NCBI GenBank assembly: GCA_963786105.1
Contig: CAWAXX010000018.1
Location: 128,001 to 192,000, forward strand
Direction of reading: 5' to 3'
DNA from: Vulcanimicrobiota bacterium
GTDB taxonomy: Bacteria > Vulcanimicrobiota > Vulcanimicrobiia > Vulcanimicrobiales > Vulcanimicrobiaceae
DNA length: 64,000 nucleotides
How positions within the stretch are numbered: position 1 is the first letter of the stretch; each line of letters opens with the position of its first letter. Under the pieces are notes generated by a model, which ran no database searches, was not told where the DNA came from, and saw nothing but the letters and a program-made list of their open reading frames with translations. This document shows, piece by piece, positions 39,507-48,338 of the stretch. Both the position numbers and the translations under genes were made by a program.

Positions 39507-39972
39507 GTGTGTCTCCGTTGTCGCACGAGCACGCGCTCGTGTTTTGGTTCGCCCCGCATTTGCCGCAGAGTCCCTTGCAGTCGTCGCTGCATCGCAAACC
39601 CATCGGCAAGACGCTGAGCACTACTTGCTGCGCGAGATCGGCCACGTCCAGGCGGGTACCCGTCAAAACGTTGCTTTCGCCGAACGGATCGTCGTCGCGC
39701 CCGACCGCCGGATCCAGCCGCTCGTCGACATCGGCGCGAATGTCGTGCTCGACGTGTTTCAAGCACGAATCGCACTCGCCTGATGCCTTGACCTCGACGC
39801 TTCCGGCGATCGCGAGCATCCGGTCGGCGCACCGCATCTCCAGCCGGACGCGCGCCGGATCCGGAAAGGCGATACCCTCAAACGCTTCAATCGGCACCTC
39901 GTCGTCGACCAGCATAAGCTGGCGCCCGCCGGCAAGGAGCCCTCCGATATCGATTTTGTGCGAACGAGCCAT
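39472..39972 (-). CDS. yceD: YceD/DUF177 protein
   Basis: CDSCL and C..DCKGLC..CG motifs; upstream of rpmF. Confidence 0.9.
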   Translation of the reverse strand: MARSHKIDIGGLLAGGRQLMLVDDEVPIEAFEGIAFPDPARVRLEMRCADRMLAIAGSVEVKASGECDSCLKHVEHDIRADVDERLDPAVGRDDDPFGESNVLTGTRLDVADLAQQVVLSVLPMGLRCSDDCKGLCGKCGANQNTSACSCDNGDTRGKLKMEDSAQ

Positions 39973-40099
39973 GGTACTAATGCGACTGCAGTACGAGGGC
40001 CCCGCCACCCGGGCGGGGCCCCACTACAACCAGCACATTTTAGAACCCCCACCGTTCCTTGTCAAACGCCGCTCTCGGGGCCAAAGCCCGGCAAAATTG

Positions 40100-40534
40100 C
40101 GAAAGAGCGGCCGGTGGACTCGGCTGCTCTTCCTGACGTAACGCTCCCGGCCTGGTTTAGCCGTGGCGTTCCTGGCTCCAACCCCACGTGGATGCCGGGG
40201 TTAGTCTCGCGCTGCGAGGCTTCAAGGCAAGCTTACCACGTCTAAGCGAAAGGCGCTCGCCTTAACGAACGCCCTTTGCACAACCCCAAGTGGGTCGAAA
40301 ATATCGACCTATTACTTTCTACGTAATCCGGGCATCGGAAGTGCCCAATCGGCCGATCTGAGCCACCCCAAGGGACCCAGCGAGCCCAGTGATCGCAAAT
40401 AGACGTGCGCTTGGGACCGCTAGGTAAATTGCTCGGTGCTTTCTTGAGCGGCGGGCGACGTTTTTCGTGCGGGGTCGCGCCATCTTGCCCTGTTGCACCG
40501 GAGTGCGCTCAGCCCCAGCAGACAACTCTCAACC
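40100..40534 (-). ncRNA. Candidate structured RNA (ncRNA or leader), identity unknown
   Basis: Multiple nested complementary segments found by eye and a terminal hairpin at 40103-40131. Confidence 0.4.
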
Positions 40535-40579
40535 GTAGCCTCTTGTATATACATCCCTTCGGGGGATGAGACCCGTGCT

Positions 40580-41281
40580 ATGAGTATCGATCCGATCGCC
40601 TCCCGGCTTGCCTCCCACGGGGTGGCCTACGCGCCGGAGATCGCCGGCGCCGCGCGCCGGCACGGCCTCGACGCCGATCTCCTCGCCGCGGTGGCCGCTC
40701 AAGAGACTGGCGGCCCAGACACCAATTCCGGCCGAAACGTCGTCGGCGACGGCGGACACGGCCGCGGACTCTTTCAGATCGACGACCGCTGGCACTCCTT
40801 CGCCAAGACTCCGGCAGCGATGGATCCGGCGGAAAATGCCGACTACGCAGCCGGAATGATCTCGAGGCTGCTTGCACGATACAAAGGAAACGTCCACCGC
40901 GCGCTGTCGGCCTACAATGCGGGCGACCCCGACGCGACGGGTACCCGAACGCAATGGAGCGACGGAAAACGGCTCGGCTATGCGGACTCAGTCATGCAGC
41001 ACTACTCACGACTGACCGGCAGTGCGCCCGGATTGGCGCAAATTGCCACCGCCGCGAGCGCGGGCATCCCTGAGGCGCTCGAAGCCGGTCCCGGCTCGAG
41101 CTTGCACGAATCGGCGGTGGCAGAGATGAGCTCACTGCTCTCAACGCTCGGGGCGCTCGAATCCCAAGCTCAAGGATTCCCATCGCTCCCCGCACCGACG
41201 CAGCCCTCGCAACCGCCCCAACCCTATCGCCCGCAGGTGACGGACTACGCCGGCTTGCTCGCCCCAGACGCCGATAACTAA
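40580..41281 (+). CDS. Lytic transglycosylase (SLT/lysozyme-like), no signal peptide
   Basis: AVAAQETG, GLFQI and ALSAYNAG motifs. Confidence 0.88.
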   Translation: MSIDPIASRLASHGVAYAPEIAGAARRHGLDADLLAAVAAQETGGPDTNSGRNVVGDGGHGRGLFQIDDRWHSFAKTPAAMDPAENADYAAGMISRLLARYKGNVHRALSAYNAGDPDATGTRTQWSDGKRLGYADSVMQHYSRLTGSAPGLAQIATAASAGIPEALEAGPGSSLHESAVAEMSSLLSTLGALESQAQGFPSLPAPTQPSQPPQPYRPQVTDYAGLLAPDADN

Positions 41282-41313
41282 TCCGCCCACACCACTTTCA
41301 AGGAGAGACAACG

Positions 41314-41643
41314 ATGGCATTTTTGCTCCCAATCCTCGAAGGGGTTGGCTCCGGACTGCTCGGCAGCGCGGTCGGCGGCGCCCTCGGCGGCGGCATCGGT
41401 GGCGCCGAAAACGGTGCGATGAACGCCCTCAACGCTCAGGACGAAACGTTCCAGCTCGGCATCTATGCGTCCGAAGTGCAGAATCAAGAACAAATGCAGA
41501 TGCAGTCGGAGGTCTTCGATCAGATGATGAACGAGCGCAGCGAGAACATGCGCGAAATCGACACGTTGCGCAACGTCGACATGGCCCAGCGTAAGGCCGA
41601 CGACAGCATCACCAAGAAGTTCATCCAGTCGATCACCGAATGA
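41314..41643 (+). CDS. Small helical hypothetical protein with Gly-rich N-terminus
   Basis: AAGGAG RBS; C-terminus paralogous to the next gene. Confidence 0.8.
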   Translation: MAFLLPILEGVGSGLLGSAVGGALGGGIGGAENGAMNALNAQDETFQLGIYASEVQNQEQMQMQSEVFDQMMNERSENMREIDTLRNVDMAQRKADDSITKKFIQSITE

Positions 41644-41906
41644 ACGTGCCACTACAGCCTCTTCGCACCGATCGCGGCGCTTGGGCGTCGCGATCGGTCA
41701 TGCCGCTCGCCCGCGGCGGCGCGCAAACCGACAACGATCTCACCGACGCTCAGAAGGCACAGCTCGCCGCGCAACACGCCGCGTTCGATTTCGAAATTGC
41801 CGAGCGCGCCGAGCTCCTGCGCGAGCACGAAGCCCTTCAAGCACTGCTCATGGAGCAGCTCAAGAACGAAGATGAAATCATGAAGAAGTGGATTTCGCTA
41901 ATCTAG
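41640..41906 (+). CDS. Small helical hypothetical protein
   Basis: ATGA overlap; 17/40 identity with the previous gene's C-terminus. Confidence 0.8.
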   Translation: MNVPLQPLRTDRGAWASRSVMPLARGGAQTDNDLTDAQKAQLAAQHAAFDFEIAERAELLREHEALQALLMEQLKNEDEIMKKWISLI

Positions 41907-42952
41907 TCGCCCGGCATATACACCGCGGAGCTAAAAGGAACGGCAAACTGCGGATTGGCGACCTTCTTCCAATGATTGTTGGAGACTTGGCCGATATCGA
42001 GCCATCCCCTGGACGTACCGTCGCCGACGACGATGAGCTTGTCCGTACTATTAAAACCAAACCCGTGCGGATCGCATCCTTCAGGGCACGGCGTTATCGT
42101 ATTGAACGGTGAGTTGCCGTCCCTCACCGGCAGTGCGTATTGGTAGATCTTATGGCTGGAATCTCCCACGTTGAGCACCGTTCCGGCGTTGCTGATAGAG
42201 AAGCCGGCGATGTCGCCATGGTTTATCGTGAAGGTGTCGAGCGGCAAGCCTTGATTCATGCTCGGATTGGCGGTCGGATTGGTTATTTCCGCGACGCCAT
42301 AACCGCCTGCCCCATAGTCCCGAAGCCAGAGGTTACCGGAACTATCCTCAGCGCCCGCGTCGTAGAAGCAGATCGCCGAACAATCACTGCTCAAAAGCAC
42401 GGCGACGGGTGTCGCCGAAGGATTTCCCTTAGGCCAGTACTCGTACCCGGAGCCGCTGATGGTCTTGTTTCCAAGCTGGTACTGGATTTGTTTCATGATC
42501 GCGAAAATATGGCTTTTGTCTACGACGGTGTCGCTCAGCGAACCCGTAAAATTCGAACAATCGGAAGCCGGGCATCCAGGTGTGTAGGCGCGAGCGAAGA
42601 GCCCGTCTTTGTACTCCTGTATGACGCCGGCTTTGCCTCCGCTGAGGTCGGTCACAAATAAGCCTTTCCCGTCGACTTTGAGCGTCAAGGGATTGCCGCC
42701 TTTAACCGCCTGACCCTCGGTGGAAATAACTTTGAGAACGAGCCTTGCGCCGAACGATAGCGCGAATAGCTTGCTGGTCTGCTCTGCCGCCGCCCAGATC
42801 TTAATGCCGCCCGTGTTGTCATTCGATCTCCTGAAATGGGACGAGCTTACCGGGATCGCCGGTGACGTAGTACCACCGTTGCACCCGGCAAGAAGCGACG
42901 CGAGAGACCCAAGACTCACCGCGAGGAGCGCGCGATACTCGAAAGCGTTCAT
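41903..42952 (-). CDS. Secreted lipoprotein, probable beta-propeller
   Basis: AAAGGAGG RBS; LLAGC lipobox; Cys-pair blades. Confidence 0.7.
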   Translation of the reverse strand: MNAFEYRALLAVSLGSLASLLAGCNGGTTSPAIPVSSSHFRRSNDNTGGIKIWAAAEQTSKLFALSFGARLVLKVISTEGQAVKGGNPLTLKVDGKGLFVTDLSGGKAGVIQEYKDGLFARAYTPGCPASDCSNFTGSLSDTVVDKSHIFAIMKQIQYQLGNKTISGSGYEYWPKGNPSATPVAVLLSSDCSAICFYDAGAEDSSGNLWLRDYGAGGYGVAEITNPTANPSMNQGLPLDTFTINHGDIAGFSISNAGTVLNVGDSSHKIYQYALPVRDGNSPFNTITPCPEGCDPHGFGFNSTDKLIVVGDGTSRGWLDIGQVSNNHWKKVANPQFAVPFSSAVYMPGD

Positions 42953-43029
42953 GGCAGTGCCTCCTTTAGGCATGAGGGGTTTCCGGACGGCGGGCTCGCG
43001 TTCATTTCTGTTGGGGAGTGTCACTATCT

Positions 43030-43167
43030 CCAAGAAGTTCATCCAATCGATCACTAAATGAACGGCGCGACGAACTCCTACGCGAACACGAGGCGCTCCA
43101 AGCGCTGCTGATGGAGCAGCTCGAGAACGAAGACGAAATCATGAAGAAATGGATCGCCCTCATTTAA
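43030..43167 (+). pseudogene. Diverged remnant copy of the 3' ends of the two small helical genes
   Basis: 43030-43064 resembles 41612-41646; 43065-43167 resembles 41804-41906. Confidence 0.85.
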
Positions 43168-43192
43168 GAACGTTAGCTAGCTCTGGCCCGTG

Positions 43193-43351
43193 TTAGCGCA
43201 TTCGAGACCAGGTTAGGATCGCTCCAAACAGCACGCCAATAGCGAGTCCCATGGCAAGCCCCAGAGCGATCTGGTGAAGCGCCGCCCCAACGGCGACACC
43301 AACGCCGGCTCCCACTGCAACCCAGACGCCGACGAGCGATCCTGTCCTCAT
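43193..43351 (-). CDS. Small Gly-zipper membrane protein
   Basis: GxxxG-rich with two hydrophobic helices. Confidence 0.5.
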   Translation of the reverse strand: MRTGSLVGVWVAVGAGVGVAVGAALHQIALGLAMGLAIGVLFGAILTWSRMR

Positions 43352-43779
43352 TCTGAAGCTTCTTAAGACCTCTTCGCTTCCCGCGCTAACCGGAATGCGA
43401 TCGTCAAAGTGAGTACACCAACGACGATTCAAAGAGTTCGATAGCAAATGATTTCCGAGGCTGTTGACTAGGCGCGAGATTTCTTCGCGCTAGGGCGTGA
43501 CCTTATACATCGCACCGTGGTTGTACGAACCAAGGTAAACTGCTTCGGGGCGAGTGGCGTCCACGTCCTTTGAAATCCCGAACTCGTATCCCCCGGCAAT
43601 TTCGAAAGGACTCCCATCGTCAAGAGGACGCTGGGCGCAAGGCGCCCCCGGTCCCTTCTAACATTGTTATCGGTAGCACTAAAAGGACGCCCGCGAAAAC
43701 GGATGGTCGATTACTCGCGTCTTGAAGACGCGGTGAAGGAGCGCCGCGGCGCTCCGTACTATATTTCAGCCTCGTCTTT

Positions 43780-43856
43780 GGGCCATTAGCTCAGCTGGTT
43801 AGAGCGCATGCTTGATAAGCATGAGGTCCCTGGTTCGATCCCAGGATGGCCCACCA
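43780..43856 (+). tRNA. tRNA-Ile(GAT)
   Basis: Cloverleaf, GAT anticodon, encoded CCA. Confidence 0.96.
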
Positions 43857-44073
43857 GCCAAACCCGCGCGAATAGGTCGGTTCCGCCCGTTTGCTGCCCA
43901 GCGACGAGCGCCCCGCCTACGAAGGCATTGCCCTTTTTCAACCCGAGCCTCGCTGCTTCGCGTTGTTGTCGTGGGATTTTTAGAGATCCCCGCAGCCGTG
44001 GCCGATGGCTCCCACGTCCAAAGAGTTTCAGGCGGACGCGCGAAGCGCCGTAGCTCTAGCGAAGAGGGGCAGA

Positions 44074-44418
44074 ATGATCACCGGAATCCACGCGATCTTT
44101 TATACAAAGCACTCCAAGGAAATGTACGATTTTTTAAAGGACGTGCTCGACCTGCACTACGTCGACGCCGGTAACGGGCGGCTCTTCTTCGCGGCACCGC
44201 CGACGGAACTCGGCGTCCATGAGACCGAAGACGACCCCGAACACGAACTGTGGCTGATCTGCGACGACATCGCCGCGACGGTACGGCAGCTCGAGAAAAA
44301 GGGGATCAAAACGACACCGGTTGCCGACCGCGGCTGGGGTTTGGTGACGACGCTGGAACTCCCCGGCGGCGACAAGCTCGGCCTCTACGAACCAAAGCAT
44401 CCCTCGCCGCTCACGTAG
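44074..44418 (+). CDS. VOC/glyoxalase family protein
   Basis: MITGIHAIFY, CDDI, DRGWG and LPGG..LYEPKH motifs. Confidence 0.85.
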   Translation: MITGIHAIFYTKHSKEMYDFLKDVLDLHYVDAGNGRLFFAAPPTELGVHETEDDPEHELWLICDDIAATVRQLEKKGIKTTPVADRGWGLVTTLELPGGDKLGLYEPKHPSPLT

Positions 44419-44479
44419 CTCGTGCCAGGGAAAGCCATCGCGTGCGTGTCGGCGTCGACGTGGGCGGTACCTTCACGAT

Positions 44480-44837
44480 TTAATCGCGCCTCTTTGCTTT
44501 GACGCGGAATCGCACCATCCGCGTAATGAGCGCGAACGGCAAATGCTCGTCTAAAGGGGAACTGCACCGAGCCTTTTGCATGTTTGTATCGCGCCAATTC
44601 CTTCTTAAACGCCGCGATTACTGATGCGCCCGGATAGAACCCGATGTGATGCGTATGCGCGGCGAAACAGACAAGGATGCCACCTACTTTGAACGCCGGC
44701 ATGCCGTAGCTAATCGTCTCCTGTGCTTTGGGCGCTGCCCTTTGAATCGTTTCCCGGATCTGCATCAGAGTTTGCTGCACATCTCTGGGGAAGCGACCAG
44801 CGTAGCCAAGGTAGGTCTTGGGTTTGCTGTCGCCCAT
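44480..44837 (-). CDS. DUF1801/YdhG-like protein, apparent +1 frameshift near 44553-44560
   Basis: ETISYGMPAF, HIGFYP and KGSVQFP motifs; removing one base gives LDEHLPFALITRMVRFR...stop at 44480. Confidence 0.8.
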
Positions 44838-44922
44838 CTCTAGCTCTTACGCCGCGCAAACCGTCGGAACACGACAATGCCGGCTGACCGCCGCCGCACT
44901 CCGCTGGTCTCTACGATAATCG

Positions 44923-46335
44923 TCAGTAGTCGTCTGCGGGCGTATTATCCGGGTGGTCGATGAAATACCGTCCGTTCAACTCGGTCGGGATGGGCTTGAA
45001 AACGATCGGTTTCTGGGTGAAGTCGAATACGTCTCCGAAGGCGTCCGCCCTCGCATCGGCTAAGCCGAGCGAACCGAGACTGAACGTCTGCTCGATGAAA
45101 TGCAGCGAGCTCGCGATCTCGTGTTGCTGATGCGAGATGTAGCCGGCCTTCGCGTACGGCGAGACGATGATGAGCGGTACGCGGAATCCCAATCCCTCGC
45201 GCGCGTGCGTCACAGGGTCGGGGTACTGCGGCGGATGGACGTGGTCGTACCACCCTCCCCATTCGTCCCACAGGACGATGATCGCGGTGCTGTGCCAGTA
45301 CTTGCTTTGACCGATCGCGTTGACGATCGAGGCGACCCACGCGGGGCCGCCCGAACCCGAGTCCCGTCCCCCGTGATCCGACTTCGAGCCACTCGGCATC
45401 ACCCACGAGACCTGCTGTAGGTTCCCGCTGGCGATGTCGTCTAGAACCTTGGTGTCGGGATGCACGACGTTCGACCAGTCCGGCCCATTGATGATTTGGG
45501 AAATCGCTTCGAAGGCCGACAGGTTCGATCCGGAATTCGGCGGCGGCTGAACGTAATAGCGCCACGTTATTCCCGCACCGTCCAGAAGACCGGCGATCGT
45601 GGGATAGGTGAAACACGGAAACGGCCCGGTCACTTCGTGACCGGTGGCCTTGGAAAACACCGGCGGATTTGCTTGCCCGTACTTGAGCAGTTCGACGGTG
45701 GTCGATTTGTTCTGATTGTCGCAGCCCCACGGCTGCCCGTCAGGAACTTCGGACGAATGCCCGGACTGTCCGGCGACCATGTACTGGTGCGAAACGAAGC
45801 TCGGGCCGCTGTTCGAGGAAAAGGTATTGTCGCCCAACGCATACTCCGACGCCATCGTCCAATACGGCTGCACCTTCGACTGCTCGACGTACGAAAACGC
45901 CATCGTCTTGAATCGTTGCGTGGTGTAGAACGACCAGCACGACGGATGATTGATCGCGTCGTTGCAACCGGAACCGGTTTTAAATTTCGCGATCTGATTG
46001 TCGAAGCCGTCGTCTTTGCCTTGATCGTAGTCTTCCAAAAACTGCGGGTGGTCGTGGCGAAGGTCCCACGGCCATTTCAGCGTCACGGGCTGCAGCATGT
46101 ACTTCTTGCCGTGCCCCCAGCCGGCATCGACCGTGTCGGCGCCGGGGAATCCGTGGAACAGGTTATCAAAGCTGCGGTTCTCCTGCATGATCACGACGAC
46201 GTGTTGAATCGGCGTCGAACCCCCGCGCGACCGCACGGCGTTCGGCACGTCGAACGACCCGCCGCCGGCCGGCGAATAAGGTGAGCCGCACGCCGTCACG
46301 AGTGCGATGGCAAGCACCGAAGCCAGTTTCTTCAT
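44923..46335 (-). CDS. Phosphoesterase / phospholipase C-like lipoprotein
   Basis: IQHVVVIMQENRSFDN, WDEWGGWYDHV and GFRVPLIIVSPY motifs; lipobox. Confidence 0.9.
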   Translation of the reverse strand: MKKLASVLAIALVTACGSPYSPAGGGSFDVPNAVRSRGGSTPIQHVVVIMQENRSFDNLFHGFPGADTVDAGWGHGKKYMLQPVTLKWPWDLRHDHPQFLEDYDQGKDDGFDNQIAKFKTGSGCNDAINHPSCWSFYTTQRFKTMAFSYVEQSKVQPYWTMASEYALGDNTFSSNSGPSFVSHQYMVAGQSGHSSEVPDGQPWGCDNQNKSTTVELLKYGQANPPVFSKATGHEVTGPFPCFTYPTIAGLLDGAGITWRYYVQPPPNSGSNLSAFEAISQIINGPDWSNVVHPDTKVLDDIASGNLQQVSWVMPSGSKSDHGGRDSGSGGPAWVASIVNAIGQSKYWHSTAIIVLWDEWGGWYDHVHPPQYPDPVTHAREGLGFRVPLIIVSPYAKAGYISHQQHEIASSLHFIEQTFSLGSLGLADARADAFGDVFDFTQKPIVFKPIPTELNGRYFIDHPDNTPADDY

Positions 46336-46369
46336 GAACCCTCCAAGATAGACGGCGGCGAGAACTTCG

Positions 46370-47809
46370 TCAGTAGTCGGTTTCGGGCCGGAACGGCCCT
46401 TGCGCGATGCAGCCTGACGGTGGCTTCGCCGGGATCGTCTTAAATTTCGTGGGTGTCTGCGAGAAGTTGAACACATCGTCGTACGCGTCGGCACGCTGGT
46501 CGGCGTACGTTTGGCCCGATCCGGCGCCCAGGAACGGCAAGCCGAACATCTTCTCTATCAAGCGCAGGCTGCTTGCGGTTTCGTGTTGCGACTTCGAGAC
46601 GTAGTGCGTCTTGGCATAAGGCGACACGATGATCAGCGGCGTCCGATATCCCAAGCCTTCGTACGCACCGGTTTGTGGGTCGGCGTACTGCGGCGGCACG
46701 ACGTGATCGAACCATCCGCCCCATTCATCCCAAGTGATGATGATGGCCGTGTTCTTCCAGTACTGGCTCTTTCCGATCGCGTTGACGATCGATCCGACCC
46801 AACTCGGACCGCAGTTCCCGGAACCGCCGCCGGCGTGATCGGATGCACCGCCGTGCGGCATCACCCAGGATACTTGCTGAAGATTCCCGCTCGCAACGTC
46901 GTCGAGCACCTGTGTGTCCGGCGTCACGACGTTCTTGTAGTCCGGTCCGTCACGCACGGACTTGATCGCGTCGAACGCATCGAGCCAGTAGGAATCCCCG
47001 TCGGCCTTTGACTGCTTGTACCAGCGCCAGGTCACGTGAGCTTTGTCGAGCGTGTCGGCTACCGAGGGATATGTGAAGCACGGATCTCCGCCCACGACGT
47101 CGTGCCCGAATTGCGGCGGAAACTCAGGTGGACTCGCCTGGCCGTATACCAAGTAGTTTTCTTTCTCGTTGGGCGCATCGCAGCCCCAGGGCATATTGCT
47201 GGGAACCTCGTCGGCATGCCCTTCCTGCCCGGCAATCAGCATCTGGTGCGGCCCGAAACTGGGGCCGTTCGTCGAAGCGAAATTGTGATCGCCGAGCGTA
47301 TATTGCGACGCCATCGTCCAGTACGGTTGAATATCGGATTTCATCGTGTAGGAGAACGCCATCTGCTGATAGGTTTTCCCCGTCCAGAATATCCAGCACG
47401 TGGGATGATTGTACGGATCGGAGTACGGACATGAGCCGCTCGGAGGCGGTGACTCCAGGATCCGTATCTGCTGATCGAAGCCATCGTTCTTGCCGTTGTC
47501 GTAGTCTTCCAAGAACTGCCAACGAAAGTGATTGATGTCGTGCGTAAACTTTAGATGTAGCGGTTGCAGCGTGTACTTTACGCCGTGGCCGTATCCAAAC
47601 GTGGCCGAATTCGCTCCGGGAAAGCCGTGAAAGAAATTGTCGAAGCTGCGATTCTCTTGCATGATGACGACGACGTGCGTGATCGGATAGGAGCTCGCGC
47701 GGTGTTGCGAGCCAGCCGGTTGTCGCAGGGGGACGGGTACCGCGCCCGACTGGGACGGCGAACTGCAAGCCGCCAACGCCGCAACGAGCAAGACGGCGAG
47801 TCGCTTCAT
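46370..47809 (-). CDS. Phosphoesterase / phospholipase C-like lipoprotein (tandem paralog)
   Basis: Same motifs as the neighbouring gene; LAAC lipobox. Confidence 0.9.
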   Translation of the reverse strand: MKRLAVLLVAALAACSSPSQSGAVPVPLRQPAGSQHRASSYPITHVVVIMQENRSFDNFFHGFPGANSATFGYGHGVKYTLQPLHLKFTHDINHFRWQFLEDYDNGKNDGFDQQIRILESPPPSGSCPYSDPYNHPTCWIFWTGKTYQQMAFSYTMKSDIQPYWTMASQYTLGDHNFASTNGPSFGPHQMLIAGQEGHADEVPSNMPWGCDAPNEKENYLVYGQASPPEFPPQFGHDVVGGDPCFTYPSVADTLDKAHVTWRWYKQSKADGDSYWLDAFDAIKSVRDGPDYKNVVTPDTQVLDDVASGNLQQVSWVMPHGGASDHAGGGSGNCGPSWVGSIVNAIGKSQYWKNTAIIITWDEWGGWFDHVVPPQYADPQTGAYEGLGYRTPLIIVSPYAKTHYVSKSQHETASSLRLIEKMFGLPFLGAGSGQTYADQRADAYDDVFNFSQTPTKFKTIPAKPPSGCIAQGPFRPETDY

Positions 47810-48033
47810 AAGTAACTCCTCGGCTCCAAAATAGATACGCAAGCTTGTCGTCAGCGCTTCAGCGAGGCGTTTAAATCCCCTCCGTCTCATTGCTCCCCTT
47901 GCCTGCTTACAACGGAAAGTTGATTGCAATCACCATCTCTAAGGGTGAACCGGCAGTCGTCGGGGGGCCCTCGGGGCGATGCGGTTTGAGCGATTGTGGA
48001 GGAGTAAGCACCAAACACCACAACCTACGGGAC

Positions 48034-48336
48034 ATGTATACCGATGAGAACCTCACCTGCGTCGACTGCAGTAGACCCTTTACGTTCACGTCCAGCGAAC
48101 AAGAGTTTTACGCCCAAAAGGGCTTTACGAACAAACCGGGCCGCTGCCCCGACTGCCGTGCGGCGCGCAAAGCATCCGGCCAAGGCGGTCGCGGTGGGAG
48201 TTCCGGCGGTGGAAGGTCCGACCGGGAAATGCACTCGGCGACCTGCGCCCAGTGCGGCAAGGAGGCCCTGGTGCCTTTCGTGCCCAGCGGCAACAGGCCG
48301 GTCTACTGCCGCGATTGCTTCGCCTCGCGGTCGTAA
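48034..48336 (+). CDS. Zinc-ribbon CxxC-x17-CxxC domain protein
   Basis: CVDC..F.F...EQEFY..KGF..P.RCPDC and CAQCG..VPF.P...PVYCRDCF. Confidence 0.88.
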   Translation: MYTDENLTCVDCSRPFTFTSSEQEFYAQKGFTNKPGRCPDCRAARKASGQGGRGGSSGGGRSDREMHSATCAQCGKEALVPFVPSGNRPVYCRDCFASRS

Positions 48337-48338
48337 GG

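Noticed and set aside
40120..40160. SRP RNA (GTCAGG...AGCAGC-like on the minus strand)
   Set aside because: Lacks the GNRA-capped helix 8 between CAGG and AGCA
40100..40440. c-di-GMP or c-di-AMP (ydaO) riboswitch assignment
   Set aside because: Only short scattered motif matches, not in the required order
40319..40525. 68-aa minus-strand ORF in the intergenic region
   Set aside because: No clear RBS or motif; cannot be supported as coding, though not excluded
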